Shown here piece after piece: positions 25,390 through 34,214 of a DNA stretch of 64,000 bases. Source of the stretch: Sedimentisphaerales bacterium (GTDB lineage: Bacteria; Planctomycetota; Phycisphaerae; Sedimentisphaerales; Anaerobacaceae); the NCBI GenBank assembly GCA_035527155.1, contig DATLBB010000074.1, positions 1,029 through 65,028 on the forward strand, in the 5' to 3' direction. A model generated the notes under the pieces. The model worked only from the letters and a program-made list of their open reading frames with translations, did not search any database and was not told the origin of the DNA. Positions within the stretch are counted from its first letter, which is position 1. Each line of letters starts with the position of its first letter. Position numbers and translations under genes: made by a program.

Positions 25390-26754
25390 ATGATAACAGG
25401 ACGAATAATAACCGAATTTTTAAACGCCATTATTTTTGTCCCCTCCCTGCTTACGCAAGTGAGGGGACTGGCCCTTACACCCGAACAACGGTGGAAGGCC
25501 GCAAGCGAACCCTTCAGCACAAGCTTTATAGTTGAGCATTGGTTTATGCTAACTTCGGTGGCTGCTTTAATCACATTAACCGTGCTGTTTATAGTGGTCA
25601 GCCGCCATCGTATCATTCAGGAACGCAGAATGGGTAATCAGCTTTTTGTTGAGTATGCTGATAAAAGCGGCCTGAGCGAACGCGAACGTCAGTTTCTGCT
25701 GGATATAGCCATAAAAGCAGACCTGAAGCAAAGCGAGGCGATTTTCACGATGGGCAGCGCTTTTGAGCGGGGAGCTGCCGTAATGATAAAAGAAAGCGTC
25801 GCCAAGAAGCAAACAGCCCGGCAAATCGAGCGGCTGAGAATCGAGCTGTCTTTCCTACGTGAAAAGCTTGGCTTCCAAAAACGACCTCTGGACTCAATAG
25901 GCTCGTCAACGAAACCTAAGAAACTGAGCAGCCGGCAAATTCCCGTAGGTAAGAAAGTTCATATGACACGCGGAACAGACCAGGTTTCAGGCAGTATTGA
26001 GTCAACTGTAATAGAGAATACCGAGATAGAACTGGTGGTTAAATTGATAAGGCCGGTAAACATCATCTTCGGCGAGGTTTGGCGTGTGCATTATTATTTC
26101 GGCGTGTCGATTTGGGAGTTTGATACTTCGGTGATTAGCTGCAATGGTGACATATTGGTCTTAAATCACAGTGATGACCTGCGTTTCGTTAATCGTCGGC
26201 GTTTTTTGCGTGTTCCGGTAAACAAACCAGCCTTTATCGCACACTTTCCATTCGCAAGAACGCACGCCGCAGACGGTCCCAAAAATATGAAGAGTTTCCG
26301 AATGTACCGAAGTTCGACAAGCGCTGCCGGCAGCGTTTGGGCGCCGCCGGAATTTATACCTGCGGTCGTTACCGAGCTTGCCGGTCCCGGCCTGCGTATA
26401 GAGGCCCCGCTGAAAGTAGAAGTGGGCGACAGAGTGTTGGTAGTGCTCAGACTGGATGAAGAAGAGAAGCAGGCTTCCGCCGAAAGGCGTCCTGTGGAGG
26501 CCCCGGAGCCTGAGGATGACAAACCGTCAACATTAAAAATAGTAGAAGATATCGGCGAGGTCAGACACACCAAAATCATACCAAATGGTTTTTCGATAGC
26601 GGTTGAATTGACAGGCTTAAGCGACTCAGACGTTAATGAGCTGATTCGCGCTACCAACGCAGCTTCGCTAAGGACCAGGATTGAAAGTCAAGATATTGGT
26701 GTTTTGGAAAACGCTGCGGAGCCTGTAGCTGTGCAAGGAGCTCAAAATGGCTGA
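25390..26754 (+). CDS. Membrane-anchored YcgR-like PilZ-domain protein
   Basis: TM segment FMLTSVAALITLTVLFIVV. A PilZN-like beta region is followed by the RxxxR motif VNRRRFLRVPV, then VTELAGPGLRI where (D/N)xSxxG is expected. C-terminal GFSIAVELTGLSDSDVNELI. Confidence 0.65.
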   Translation: MITGRIITEFLNAIIFVPSLLTQVRGLALTPEQRWKAASEPFSTSFIVEHWFMLTSVAALITLTVLFIVVSRHRIIQERRMGNQLFVEYADKSGLSERERQFLLDIAIKADLKQSEAIFTMGSAFERGAAVMIKESVAKKQTARQIERLRIELSFLREKLGFQKRPLDSIGSSTKPKKLSSRQIPVGKKVHMTRGTDQVSGSIESTVIENTEIELVVKLIRPVNIIFGEVWRVHYYFGVSIWEFDTSVISCNGDILVLNHSDDLRFVNRRRFLRVPVNKPAFIAHFPFARTHAADGPKNMKSFRMYRSSTSAAGSVWAPPEFIPAVVTELAGPGLRIEAPLKVEVGDRVLVVLRLDEEEKQASAERRPVEAPEPEDDKPSTLKIVEDIGEVRHTKIIPNGFSIAVELTGLSDSDVNELIRATNAASLRTRIESQDIGVLENAAEPVAVQGAQNG

Positions 26755-27481
26755 AATTACAACCCAGGTTAGTACAACCATTGACGCGCTGACGCGGGAA
26801 TTTGATATAATTGCGCACAATCTGGCCAACGTCAGCACGGTCGGATACAAGCGTAGATGCAACGCTTTTTCAAAATCCCTCGAGGCACAAGGGACGGGGG
26901 TGCAAACTTATTCTCCCGGCAGCCTTGACCTGGATTCGGTATTTGATTTTTCCCAGGGCAATATTGTAGAGACAGGTCGGCCACTGGACTTTGCGCTGTA
27001 TGGCAAAGGTTTCTTTGTGATAGAGACACCCGAAGGTCCGCTTTATACCCGCAACGGCGTATTCCATGCGAATCAAAATGGGCAAATAGTGGATTCAGTG
27101 GGAAGGATTGTATCAGGCGAAGCCGGGCCAATCACGATACCGAGCGGTGTGGCTCCGGCACAACTGAATGTCGCAAGCGACGGCAACATCAGCTCCGGCG
27201 GTATAAGCATAGGAAAATTCAGATTTGTTGATTTCCCAGACAACGAAGACACACTTGTACCGGCCGGCGATAACTGCTACCAGATGCCGGAGCAGGATAT
27301 AACACCGGTTGCAGCCGAAAATATAGTTGTAAAACAAGGCTACCAGGAGGCATCCAACGTTAAGATGATAGACGAATTAGTGGACATGCTGATGGTATCC
27401 AGACTCTACGAAGCGAATATGAAGTTCGTCACAGCGCAGGGGGAAGCCACCGACAGTATTATGAGTGTAGCTATGGCTTAA
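26747..27481 (+). CDS. flgF: Flagellar proximal rod protein FlgF
   Basis: IIAHNLANVSTVGYKR...LDFALYGKGFFVIETPEGPLYTRNGVFHANQNGQIV...QGYQEASNVKMIDELVDMLMVSRLYEANMK. Confidence 0.9.
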   Translation: MAEITTQVSTTIDALTREFDIIAHNLANVSTVGYKRRCNAFSKSLEAQGTGVQTYSPGSLDLDSVFDFSQGNIVETGRPLDFALYGKGFFVIETPEGPLYTRNGVFHANQNGQIVDSVGRIVSGEAGPITIPSGVAPAQLNVASDGNISSGGISIGKFRFVDFPDNEDTLVPAGDNCYQMPEQDITPVAAENIVVKQGYQEASNVKMIDELVDMLMVSRLYEANMKFVTAQGEATDSIMSVAMA

Positions 27482-27536
27482 AGAAACAAGGCGTACTTTT
27501 GAATTTGTGAACTATCAAAATAAGGAGAACAAAATT

Positions 27537-28322
27537 ATGTTAAGAGCATTTTCCACTGCGGCGACGGGTATGAGCGCCCAGCAGATGATGGTTGATGTAA
27601 TCGCCAATAATCTTGCCAACATTAACACGACCGGTTTCAAGCGAAGCCAGATTAATTTTGGGGATTTGCTCTACATCACGCTGCAAGAACCCGGCACGGA
27701 AGTGGCATCGGGCATAAACTCTCCCGGTGGTATTGAAATAGGCAGTGGTGTCCGAACTATATCTACAATCAAAGTGCATACCGCCGGTGAGCTTCAGAAT
27801 ACCGGCCGAGCTCTTGATATTGCTATTACGGGCGAGGGCTTCCTTCAGGTAACTTTGCCGAATGGCGATCTAAGGTATACCCGCGACGGATCACTGCAAA
27901 TTAATGCCAACGGTGAGTTAGTTACTACCACCGGATACACCTTAGAGCCGGCGATTACTATTCCAGCAGACGCTACCTCTGTAAGTATCGAAAAAGATGG
28001 AGGTGTTAATATTACCGATTCCGGGGGAACGCAATCAGTTGTAGGTACTCTTGATTTGGCCCGATTTCCTAATCCGTCGGGTCTTGCGAGTGAAGGAGAC
28101 AATCTGCTGGCAGAGACCCCGGCAAGCGGCACCGCTACAACCGGCACTGCAGGAGATGCGGGTTTCGGCACTATTCAATCGAGATTTCTGGAAAAAGCCA
28201 ATGTCCAGATGGTTACTGAACTGGTCAGCCTTATAACCGCCCAGCGAGCATACGAAATAAACTCGCGTACAATAAGGGCAGGCGACGATATGCTTCGAAC
28301 GGCAAATGAAATTGTTAGATAA
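27537..28322 (+). CDS. flgG: Flagellar distal rod protein FlgG
   Basis: MLRAFSTAATGMSAQQMMVDVIANNLANINTTGFKRS...LEKANVQMVTELVSLITAQRAYEINSRTIRAGDDML. ATG 27537 is preceded by AAGGAG. Confidence 0.95.
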   Translation: MLRAFSTAATGMSAQQMMVDVIANNLANINTTGFKRSQINFGDLLYITLQEPGTEVASGINSPGGIEIGSGVRTISTIKVHTAGELQNTGRALDIAITGEGFLQVTLPNGDLRYTRDGSLQINANGELVTTTGYTLEPAITIPADATSVSIEKDGGVNITDSGGTQSVVGTLDLARFPNPSGLASEGDNLLAETPASGTATTGTAGDAGFGTIQSRFLEKANVQMVTELVSLITAQRAYEINSRTIRAGDDMLRTANEIVR

Positions 28323-28331
28323 GGAACCATT

Positions 28332-29369
28332 ATGAGCAGAAGAAAGAGCACAAGAGCACAAGAACATAAGAGCACAACCATACTTGTAACCTGTGTACTT
28401 ATGACCTGCACACTTTTTTGCAGTACCTCAGCGAAGACCAAAGCCAATGACTTACAGAAGGATTCTACTCTACATCTTTACCTGCCGAGAGAGGTCATAA
28501 TCAAGGACGATACTGTCAGGCTGGGTCAAGTCAGCATAATACGCGGCAATCCACACGAAGGCGGACTTTTAGCCAAGGCAAGCAAAATTGCCTTAGGTCG
28601 GATTTCATTGCCGGGCCAGGAAATCGTCATCGACAGGCCAATGGTCCTGAGCAGATTGGCCTGCAACGGAATCCCGGCGTCAAAAGTAACATTAACGGGT
28701 GCGGAAAAAATAACGGTAAAACGACAGCAGAAAATTGTCAAAGGCAGCGAACTCGTTGAGCTGGCGAGCGCGTTTCTGAAAAAAAATCCACCTGCCGGTT
28801 CTGTTTGCCAATGGGAGCCGATACGGACACCGAAAGATTTGACCGTATCTGAAGAAAGCAAAGATATAAAATTTTCCCCTCGTTCGGTCAAAAGCAACGT
28901 AAGAAACCAGGCTAAAGTCCGGATTGCCGTGATGCAGAACGGCAAACAGACAGGGGAGCGTGAAGTAACTTTCCGCTTAAAATACAATTGCCGCAGAGCA
29001 GTGACGCTGGTCGACATTCCCGCAGGTGCGATTATCAGCTCTGAGAATGTCAAGATAGAAAGCAGCGCATCAAGTGAGCCTGAGCCTGCTAATTGGAAGC
29101 CACCTTACGGCCTTATCACCAAACGCCGGGTGCCTGCAAAGACCGTGCTTGAGCCGCATATGTTTGGCCCTGTCAAGCCCGCAGTTATTGTCGGGCGAAA
29201 TCAGAATGTTGTTATTCGAATTAAAAGACCGCTGCTTCTGGTTACGGCCATCGGCAAAGCTATACAAGAGGGCCGGGCCGGTGAATATATAAAGGTGCGA
29301 AACCTGAACTCACAACGAATAATCTTAGTCAGGATCAATGAAGACGGGACCGTGGAACCGGTCATCTGA
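28332..29369 (+). CDS. flgA: P-ring assembly chaperone FlgA
   Basis: SAF-like region plus the C-terminal signature VKPAVIVGRNQNVVIRIKRPLLLVTAIGKAIQEGRAGEYIKVRNLNSQRIILVRINEDGTVEPV. Confidence 0.8.
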   Translation: MSRRKSTRAQEHKSTTILVTCVLMTCTLFCSTSAKTKANDLQKDSTLHLYLPREVIIKDDTVRLGQVSIIRGNPHEGGLLAKASKIALGRISLPGQEIVIDRPMVLSRLACNGIPASKVTLTGAEKITVKRQQKIVKGSELVELASAFLKKNPPAGSVCQWEPIRTPKDLTVSEESKDIKFSPRSVKSNVRNQAKVRIAVMQNGKQTGEREVTFRLKYNCRRAVTLVDIPAGAIISSENVKIESSASSEPEPANWKPPYGLITKRRVPAKTVLEPHMFGPVKPAVIVGRNQNVVIRIKRPLLLVTAIGKAIQEGRAGEYIKVRNLNSQRIILVRINEDGTVEPVI

Positions 29370-29381
29370 AAGGAGAAAAAA

Positions 29382-30020
29382 ATGGACAATAGAACAAGCT
29401 TGGTATTTATCTTAACGGTTTTTTTGCTGTGCCCGGTCCTGCCGATGGCTGACTCACAAGCGGATTCTATCTGGGCCAAAAGAGACAAGGTTATGGGGGA
29501 TTTATACGCCGACGATGTGGCCCGCAACATAGGCGACGTCCTGACAATTATGATTAGTGAAGACAGCAAGGTAGATAACAAAGCAAAAAGAGATTTGAAA
29601 AAGGAGGTTGACAAATCAACCACCTTTAATGGAGAGCTTGGTATCACCACACCAAATAATAATCTTCTACCGCGTATCCCCGGTTTTACCATGGCTGCTG
29701 AATCCACGAATGAGCTAAAAAGCAAGGCTGACTTCAAAGACGAGCGCAAGTTTATCGACCGTGTCACGGTGGTTGTTGTGGATATCCTGCCGAATCACAA
29801 CCTTGTGGTTATTGGAGCGCGTCGCCGTAATATTGCAGGCGACATACAAAACATTGAGGTAAGCGGGATAGTGAGGCCAAGCGATATTGCGTTTGATAAC
29901 ACAGTCAAGAGCGAACAGGTTGCAGACTTTCGCATTGTAACCAAGAACACGGGTATCTCTGCACCATATACCAGGCCAGGCTGGCTCGGCAGAATATTCG
30001 ATATTATCTGGCCGTTTTAA
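29382..30020 (+). CDS. flgH: L-ring protein FlgH
   Basis: SIWAKRDKVMGDLYADDVARNIGDVLTIMISE...VVVDILPNHNLVVIGARRRNIAGDIQNIEVSGIVRPSDI. Confidence 0.9.
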   Translation: MDNRTSLVFILTVFLLCPVLPMADSQADSIWAKRDKVMGDLYADDVARNIGDVLTIMISEDSKVDNKAKRDLKKEVDKSTTFNGELGITTPNNNLLPRIPGFTMAAESTNELKSKADFKDERKFIDRVTVVVVDILPNHNLVVIGARRRNIAGDIQNIEVSGIVRPSDIAFDNTVKSEQVADFRIVTKNTGISAPYTRPGWLGRIFDIIWPF

Positions 30021-30059
30021 TTACGTCATTTGCACAATTTTTTTTGAAGGTAAAAGCTT

Positions 30060-31190
30060 ATGAAATCTCGTCTAATACTTTTGTTTTTAATCCTGCTAAG
30101 TACGGTTGATGCCGGACAATGTGAGCGAATCAAGGACATTGTTGATATTCAGGGGATTCGCAGCAACCCGCTCAGAGGTATCGGATTAGTTGTTGGTCTG
30201 GCCGGAACCGGCGACAGCACATTGCTGTCGCGACAAATGCTGACGAATATACTAAGGGATTCGGGACTGGTTCTTACTCCAACGGACTTGAAAAGCGGCA
30301 ATATTGCCGTGGTTATGGTTACAGCAGAGCTGGGACCTTTTGCCCGCGAAGGCTCACGAATTGACGTCGATGTCTCTGCTATAGGAGATGCTAAAAGCCT
30401 TCAGGGTGCAATGCTGCTGCCGACACCGTTAAAAGGTCTTGACGGCCAGGTTTATGCCGTGGCCCAGGGTGGAGTCTCGATTGGCGGCTGGACGGCAGCA
30501 GGCGAGAAGGCTTCCATCACAAAGAACCACCAGACGGTCGGGCGAATTCCCGACGGTGCAACAGTCGAAAAGGAAGAAATTGCCACCTTTGTGGAATACA
30601 TCGCGGGCCAAGCCAAGGGGCATCCCTCTCGGGACAGGCTTATCACGCTTAATCTTAGAAACAGCGATTTTACAACTGCAGAGCGAATCAGCAGGGCCAT
30701 CAACCAGACTTATGCAGACAGTGCAGCAGTAGTTGACGCCGGCACCATCAAAGTTAAAGTCCCCAATGAAATTAGACGGACGGGTATAGCCGGCTTTATC
30801 GACGATATTACAAAGGACGATGTCAAGGTCGATATTCCCGCGGTAGTAGTTATTAACGAGCGTACCGGCACGATTGTGGTCGGGGAAAATGTGGGCATAT
30901 CAGCAGTGGCGATTTCCCAGGGCAGCCTCGTTGTGAAAATCAAAGAAACCGAAGTTGTTTCTCAGCCGACCGCTCCTTTCTCCGACTCGGGCACAACAGA
31001 AAGAGTTCTGGAGACGATAATAGGAGTCGAAGAGAAAGAGGGACATCTGATTCCTGTACCCAGGACAGTAACCGTCTCTGAGCTGGCCCATACGCTCAAC
31101 GCCATAGGGGCATCACCAACAGACCTGATAACGATATTTAACGCTTTGAAAAAGGCCGGCGCCCTTCAAGCCAGACTGGTGATAATGTAG
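30060..31190 (+). CDS. flgI: P-ring protein FlgI
   Basis: RIKDIVDIQGIRSNPLRGIGLVVGLAGTGD...LQGAMLLPTPLKGLDGQVYAVAQG...ELAHTLNAIGASPTDLITIFNALKKAGALQARLVIM. Confidence 0.95.
   Translation: MKSRLILLFLILLSTVDAGQCERIKDIVDIQGIRSNPLRGIGLVVGLAGTGDSTLLSRQMLTNILRDSGLVLTPTDLKSGNIAVVMVTAELGPFAREGSRIDVDVSAIGDAKSLQGAMLLPTPLKGLDGQVYAVAQGGVSIGGWTAAGEKASITKNHQTVGRIPDGATVEKEEIATFVEYIAGQAKGHPSRDRLITLNLRNSDFTTAERISRAINQTYADSAAVVDAGTIKVKVPNEIRRTGIAGFIDDITKDDVKVDIPAVVVINERTGTIVVGENVGISAVAISQGSLVVKIKETEVVSQPTAPFSDSGTTERVLETIIGVEEKEGHLIPVPRTVTVSELAHTLNAIGASPTDLITIFNALKKAGALQARLVIM
30613..30635. repeat. Short hairpin word CCAAGGGGCATCCCTCTCGGGAC (copy inside flgI)
   Basis: Identical 23-mer at 31302-31324. Near-identical copies at 31272-31292 and, reverse-complemented, at 62794-62817. 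Confidence 0.85.
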
Positions 31191-31224
31191 TCCGCTTGGG
31201 GACGCCTAACGGCGGAGTAATTTA

Positions 31225-31617
31225 ATGGACAGCGCCAATTTGATATTAACCGGACCCGCATCACTTCTGCCGGGGGGCATCCCTCTCGGGACTGCGCTAT
31301 GCCAAGGGGCATCCCTCTCGGGACTGAGGAATTTAGACAATGCCGATGGCATTGCAAAACAGAAAAAGGAACAAGCAGCCAAGGATTTTGAATCAGTTTT
31401 ACTCGGTAAGCTGTTAGACGAAATGAAAAATTCCATCGGCGACTGGGGCTTTGAGGAAGATGGGGCTTCTAAACAGATTGAGGGAATATTCTGGCTATAC
31501 CTGGCCCGTCATCTCGCAGACAACGGCGGCCTGGGGCTCTGGAAGGACATTTACCAAACTTTAACTAATCCGGACCAGACTAACAAAACTACGCAGTCGC
31601 TGGATAAGAACGTATGA
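31225..31617 (+). CDS. flgJ: FlgJ-like rod-binding protein (no muramidase domain)
   Basis: Rod-binding motif AAKDFESVLLGKLLDEMKNS...GIFWLYLARHLADNGGLGLWKDIY. Only 130 aa, with no glycoside hydrolase region. Confidence 0.75.
   Translation: MDSANLILTGPASLLPGGIPLGTALCQGASLSGLRNLDNADGIAKQKKEQAAKDFESVLLGKLLDEMKNSIGDWGFEEDGASKQIEGIFWLYLARHLADNGGLGLWKDIYQTLTNPDQTNKTTQSLDKNV
31272..31324. repeat. Two copies of the GGGGCATCCCTCTCGGGAC word inside the flgJ 5' coding region
   Basis: Copies at 31272-31292 and 31302-31324. They read as GGIPLGT and QGASLSG, i.e. in two different frames of the same word. Confidence 0.85.
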
Positions 31618-32135
31618 AAACAACAGCAATCAAAATAGAAGAAAAAGTCGAGGAGCTGCTGGTTATTCTCGACGAAGATATTGAGCATATACAGCAAAAT
31701 CTATCGCGGCTAAACGAGCTGCGCAGCCTGGTTATCAAGCACGACGACGTCGCTCTGAGCACCCTGCTTGAGCACATCCAAGCCGAGTCGGACAGAAACC
31801 TTAGCCACGAATTAAAAAGGCATTCGGTACGAAAAGAATTGGCGAATGCCCTCGGCTATGATATCGAACAAATGACCCTGTCTACACTCGAAGCCATCCT
31901 GCCAAAAGAAAAACAAGTACAGGTGACCAGGAGGAAGGCAAAACTAACATCATTGATTAAAGAGCTTAAGAAAGAACATTTGAGCACAGCGCTGCTTTTG
32001 TCAGACTGTGCCAGATTTAACAGAATGCTTTTGAAAAGCGTCTTCAATCTTGGGAATACAGGGACAGTTTACTACGGTTCCAATGGTGCAACCAAAGAGC
32101 AACCCGATATGGCTTTTGTTAATCTGCAGTTTTGA
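31614..32135 (+). CDS. flgN: FlgN-like export chaperone (putative)
   Basis: ATGA overlap with flgJ and positioned directly upstream of flgK. Helical LLVILDEDIEHIQQNLSRLNELRSLVIKHDDVALSTLLEHIQ pattern typical of FlgN. Confidence 0.55.
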   Translation: MKTTAIKIEEKVEELLVILDEDIEHIQQNLSRLNELRSLVIKHDDVALSTLLEHIQAESDRNLSHELKRHSVRKELANALGYDIEQMTLSTLEAILPKEKQVQVTRRKAKLTSLIKELKKEHLSTALLLSDCARFNRMLLKSVFNLGNTGTVYYGSNGATKEQPDMAFVNLQF

Positions 32136-32189
32136 GCAAAATACTGTAAATGGTAAGGGTACAAATAGCGGCCCGAACGGAGTGCAAAA

Positions 32190-34166
32190 ATGGATAGTTT
32201 CTCCATAGGTCTTAGCGGCTTTGAGGCGGCGCAGAAGGCCCTTGATACAATCGGCAACAATATTGCCAATGCGGCAACTGAGGGCTACCACCGCCAGAGA
32301 ATAAATCTGACTCCAGCATACTCGTCGCAAGTCGGCTCGCTTCAAGTGGGGGGAGGCGTCGATGTTGCCGGCGTCACGAGAATGGTCGACCGCTTTTTGG
32401 AGCAGGAGCTGCTCCGACAGCAGTCGTCATTAGGTCAGGTCTCGCAGGAATTTTCTAAGCTGCGCACAGTCGAGAGTGCATTCGGAGAGCTTTCAGCCAG
32501 TGGCGGCTTGAGCACAGTTATAGATGATTTTTTCAACGCGTTACAAGACCTTAGCGCTCATCCAGCAGAGATTATTTATCAAAACCAGGCTGTAACCAAA
32601 GCAGAAACTTTAGCTTACCGATTCAGAGCATTAGGAGAATTTCTGACCACCCTGGAAACCAATATCAGGTTAGAAGCTGAAAATACCGTCGAGCAGATTA
32701 ATTTGCTGATAGACAGAATAGCCGAGCTAAATGGTGACATAGGAAAGATAGAAATAACCGGTGGGCAGGCCAACAACTTATGTGACCAAAGAGACCAAAG
32801 CATAACAGAACTGTCTGAATTGATTAATATCGAGACTCAGAACAGAGAATATGGTGTGGTTGATGTCAGTGCTGCGGGAATACCCGTGGTAACAAGCACC
32901 TCTGCCAGCGGATTCGAGGTGGGTTTAAACGAAGACGGGGAGCTGGGTATTTCCATCGCCGGGATGACCGATTATAATATAATCGTCGAGGGCGGCGAGC
33001 TTGGCGGATTATTGTCGCTAAGAAACACACTTGTCTCTGATGTTCACGATGACCTAAACGATTTAGCAAGCGGGATAATCCAACAGATAAATCAATACCA
33101 TGTGCAGGGAGCAGGTTCGGAAGGGTCGTTTTCCCAACTTACCGGCTGGGCGAATACAAGTGGAGATTTATCCGATTTCAGCACGGTATCTGCCGGCTAC
33201 GTGTACATCAGGGTCATCAATACAAGCAGTGAGGCAGTAGTGCGAACTGCGATTCCGGTCTCACAGGGCGCTTCGTCTGATACGTTGACCGAGATAGCCA
33301 GCTATATTACAAGCAATGTTGCTAATGTGACTGCTTCGGTGAATTCATCAAATCAGCTGAGCATGACAGCCGTCACGGGCTATAAATTCGATTTTCTCCC
33401 CTATGTCTTGTCTGCGCCTACAGCCAGCACTCTTACCGGAGCATCGCCGCCAACTATATCGGTATCAGGCATCTACACAGGCACAGCTAACGACACTTTC
33501 AGGTTTACGGTATCAGGCGCCGGCTCGGTAGGCAACGGTACCTTGACGCTTGAAGTGAAGGATGACAGCGGTGCCGGAGATGTGATTGCCACCCTTAACA
33601 TTGGTTCCGGTTATGACGCCAGTCCGCTCGATATCGGCAACGGGATTAAAATATCTCTCAGCACCGGCGGTGATTTCGGTGCAGGTGACAACTTCGATGT
33701 CGATGCGTTTGCAGACACCGATACTTCAGAACTACTGTCAGCGGTTGGAATAAATACGTTTTTTTCCGGCAGCAGTGCTTCAGATATGGCAGTTTGTTCG
33801 GACATATCTGCTACACCCAGGCGAATAGCGACATCTTTAGGGGCGGATATGACCGATAACGCCAATGCCCTGCGAATGGCAGGTTTGAAGGACGTGGCGC
33901 TAAGCAGCCTGAACAGTATGACACCCGGAGAGTTTTATCGCCGGCTGGTTTCAAACACAGGTCAGGAAATTTCCATTAGACAAATACGAGAGGACAACAT
34001 CGAGCTTATAATCCAAAACTTTGCCAATCAAAAAAGCGAGATAAGCGACGTCGACATCAACGAGGAAGCAGCTCAAATGTTGGTCTTCGAACAAATGTAC
34101 CACGCAATGGCGAAATATATGAGCGTAGTTCAGTCTACGATATCAAACCTTATGGACATAATGTAA
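32190..34166 (+). CDS. flgK: Hook-associated protein 1, FlgK
   Basis: N-terminus FSIGLSGFEAAQKALDTIGNNIANAATEGYHRQRINL. C-terminus ISDVDINEEAAQMLVFEQMYHAMAKYMSVVQSTISNLMDI. Confidence 0.9.
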   Translation: MDSFSIGLSGFEAAQKALDTIGNNIANAATEGYHRQRINLTPAYSSQVGSLQVGGGVDVAGVTRMVDRFLEQELLRQQSSLGQVSQEFSKLRTVESAFGELSASGGLSTVIDDFFNALQDLSAHPAEIIYQNQAVTKAETLAYRFRALGEFLTTLETNIRLEAENTVEQINLLIDRIAELNGDIGKIEITGGQANNLCDQRDQSITELSELINIETQNREYGVVDVSAAGIPVVTSTSASGFEVGLNEDGELGISIAGMTDYNIIVEGGELGGLLSLRNTLVSDVHDDLNDLASGIIQQINQYHVQGAGSEGSFSQLTGWANTSGDLSDFSTVSAGYVYIRVINTSSEAVVRTAIPVSQGASSDTLTEIASYITSNVANVTASVNSSNQLSMTAVTGYKFDFLPYVLSAPTASTLTGASPPTISVSGIYTGTANDTFRFTVSGAGSVGNGTLTLEVKDDSGAGDVIATLNIGSGYDASPLDIGNGIKISLSTGGDFGAGDNFDVDAFADTDTSELLSAVGINTFFSGSSASDMAVCSDISATPRRIATSLGADMTDNANALRMAGLKDVALSSLNSMTPGEFYRRLVSNTGQEISIRQIREDNIELIIQNFANQKSEISDVDINEEAAQMLVFEQMYHAMAKYMSVVQSTISNLMDIM

Positions 34167-34214
34167 AGGGCAGGATTTGATTGAAAGGTTTCTCCGTAAG
34201 GAGTCCCAAGGACA

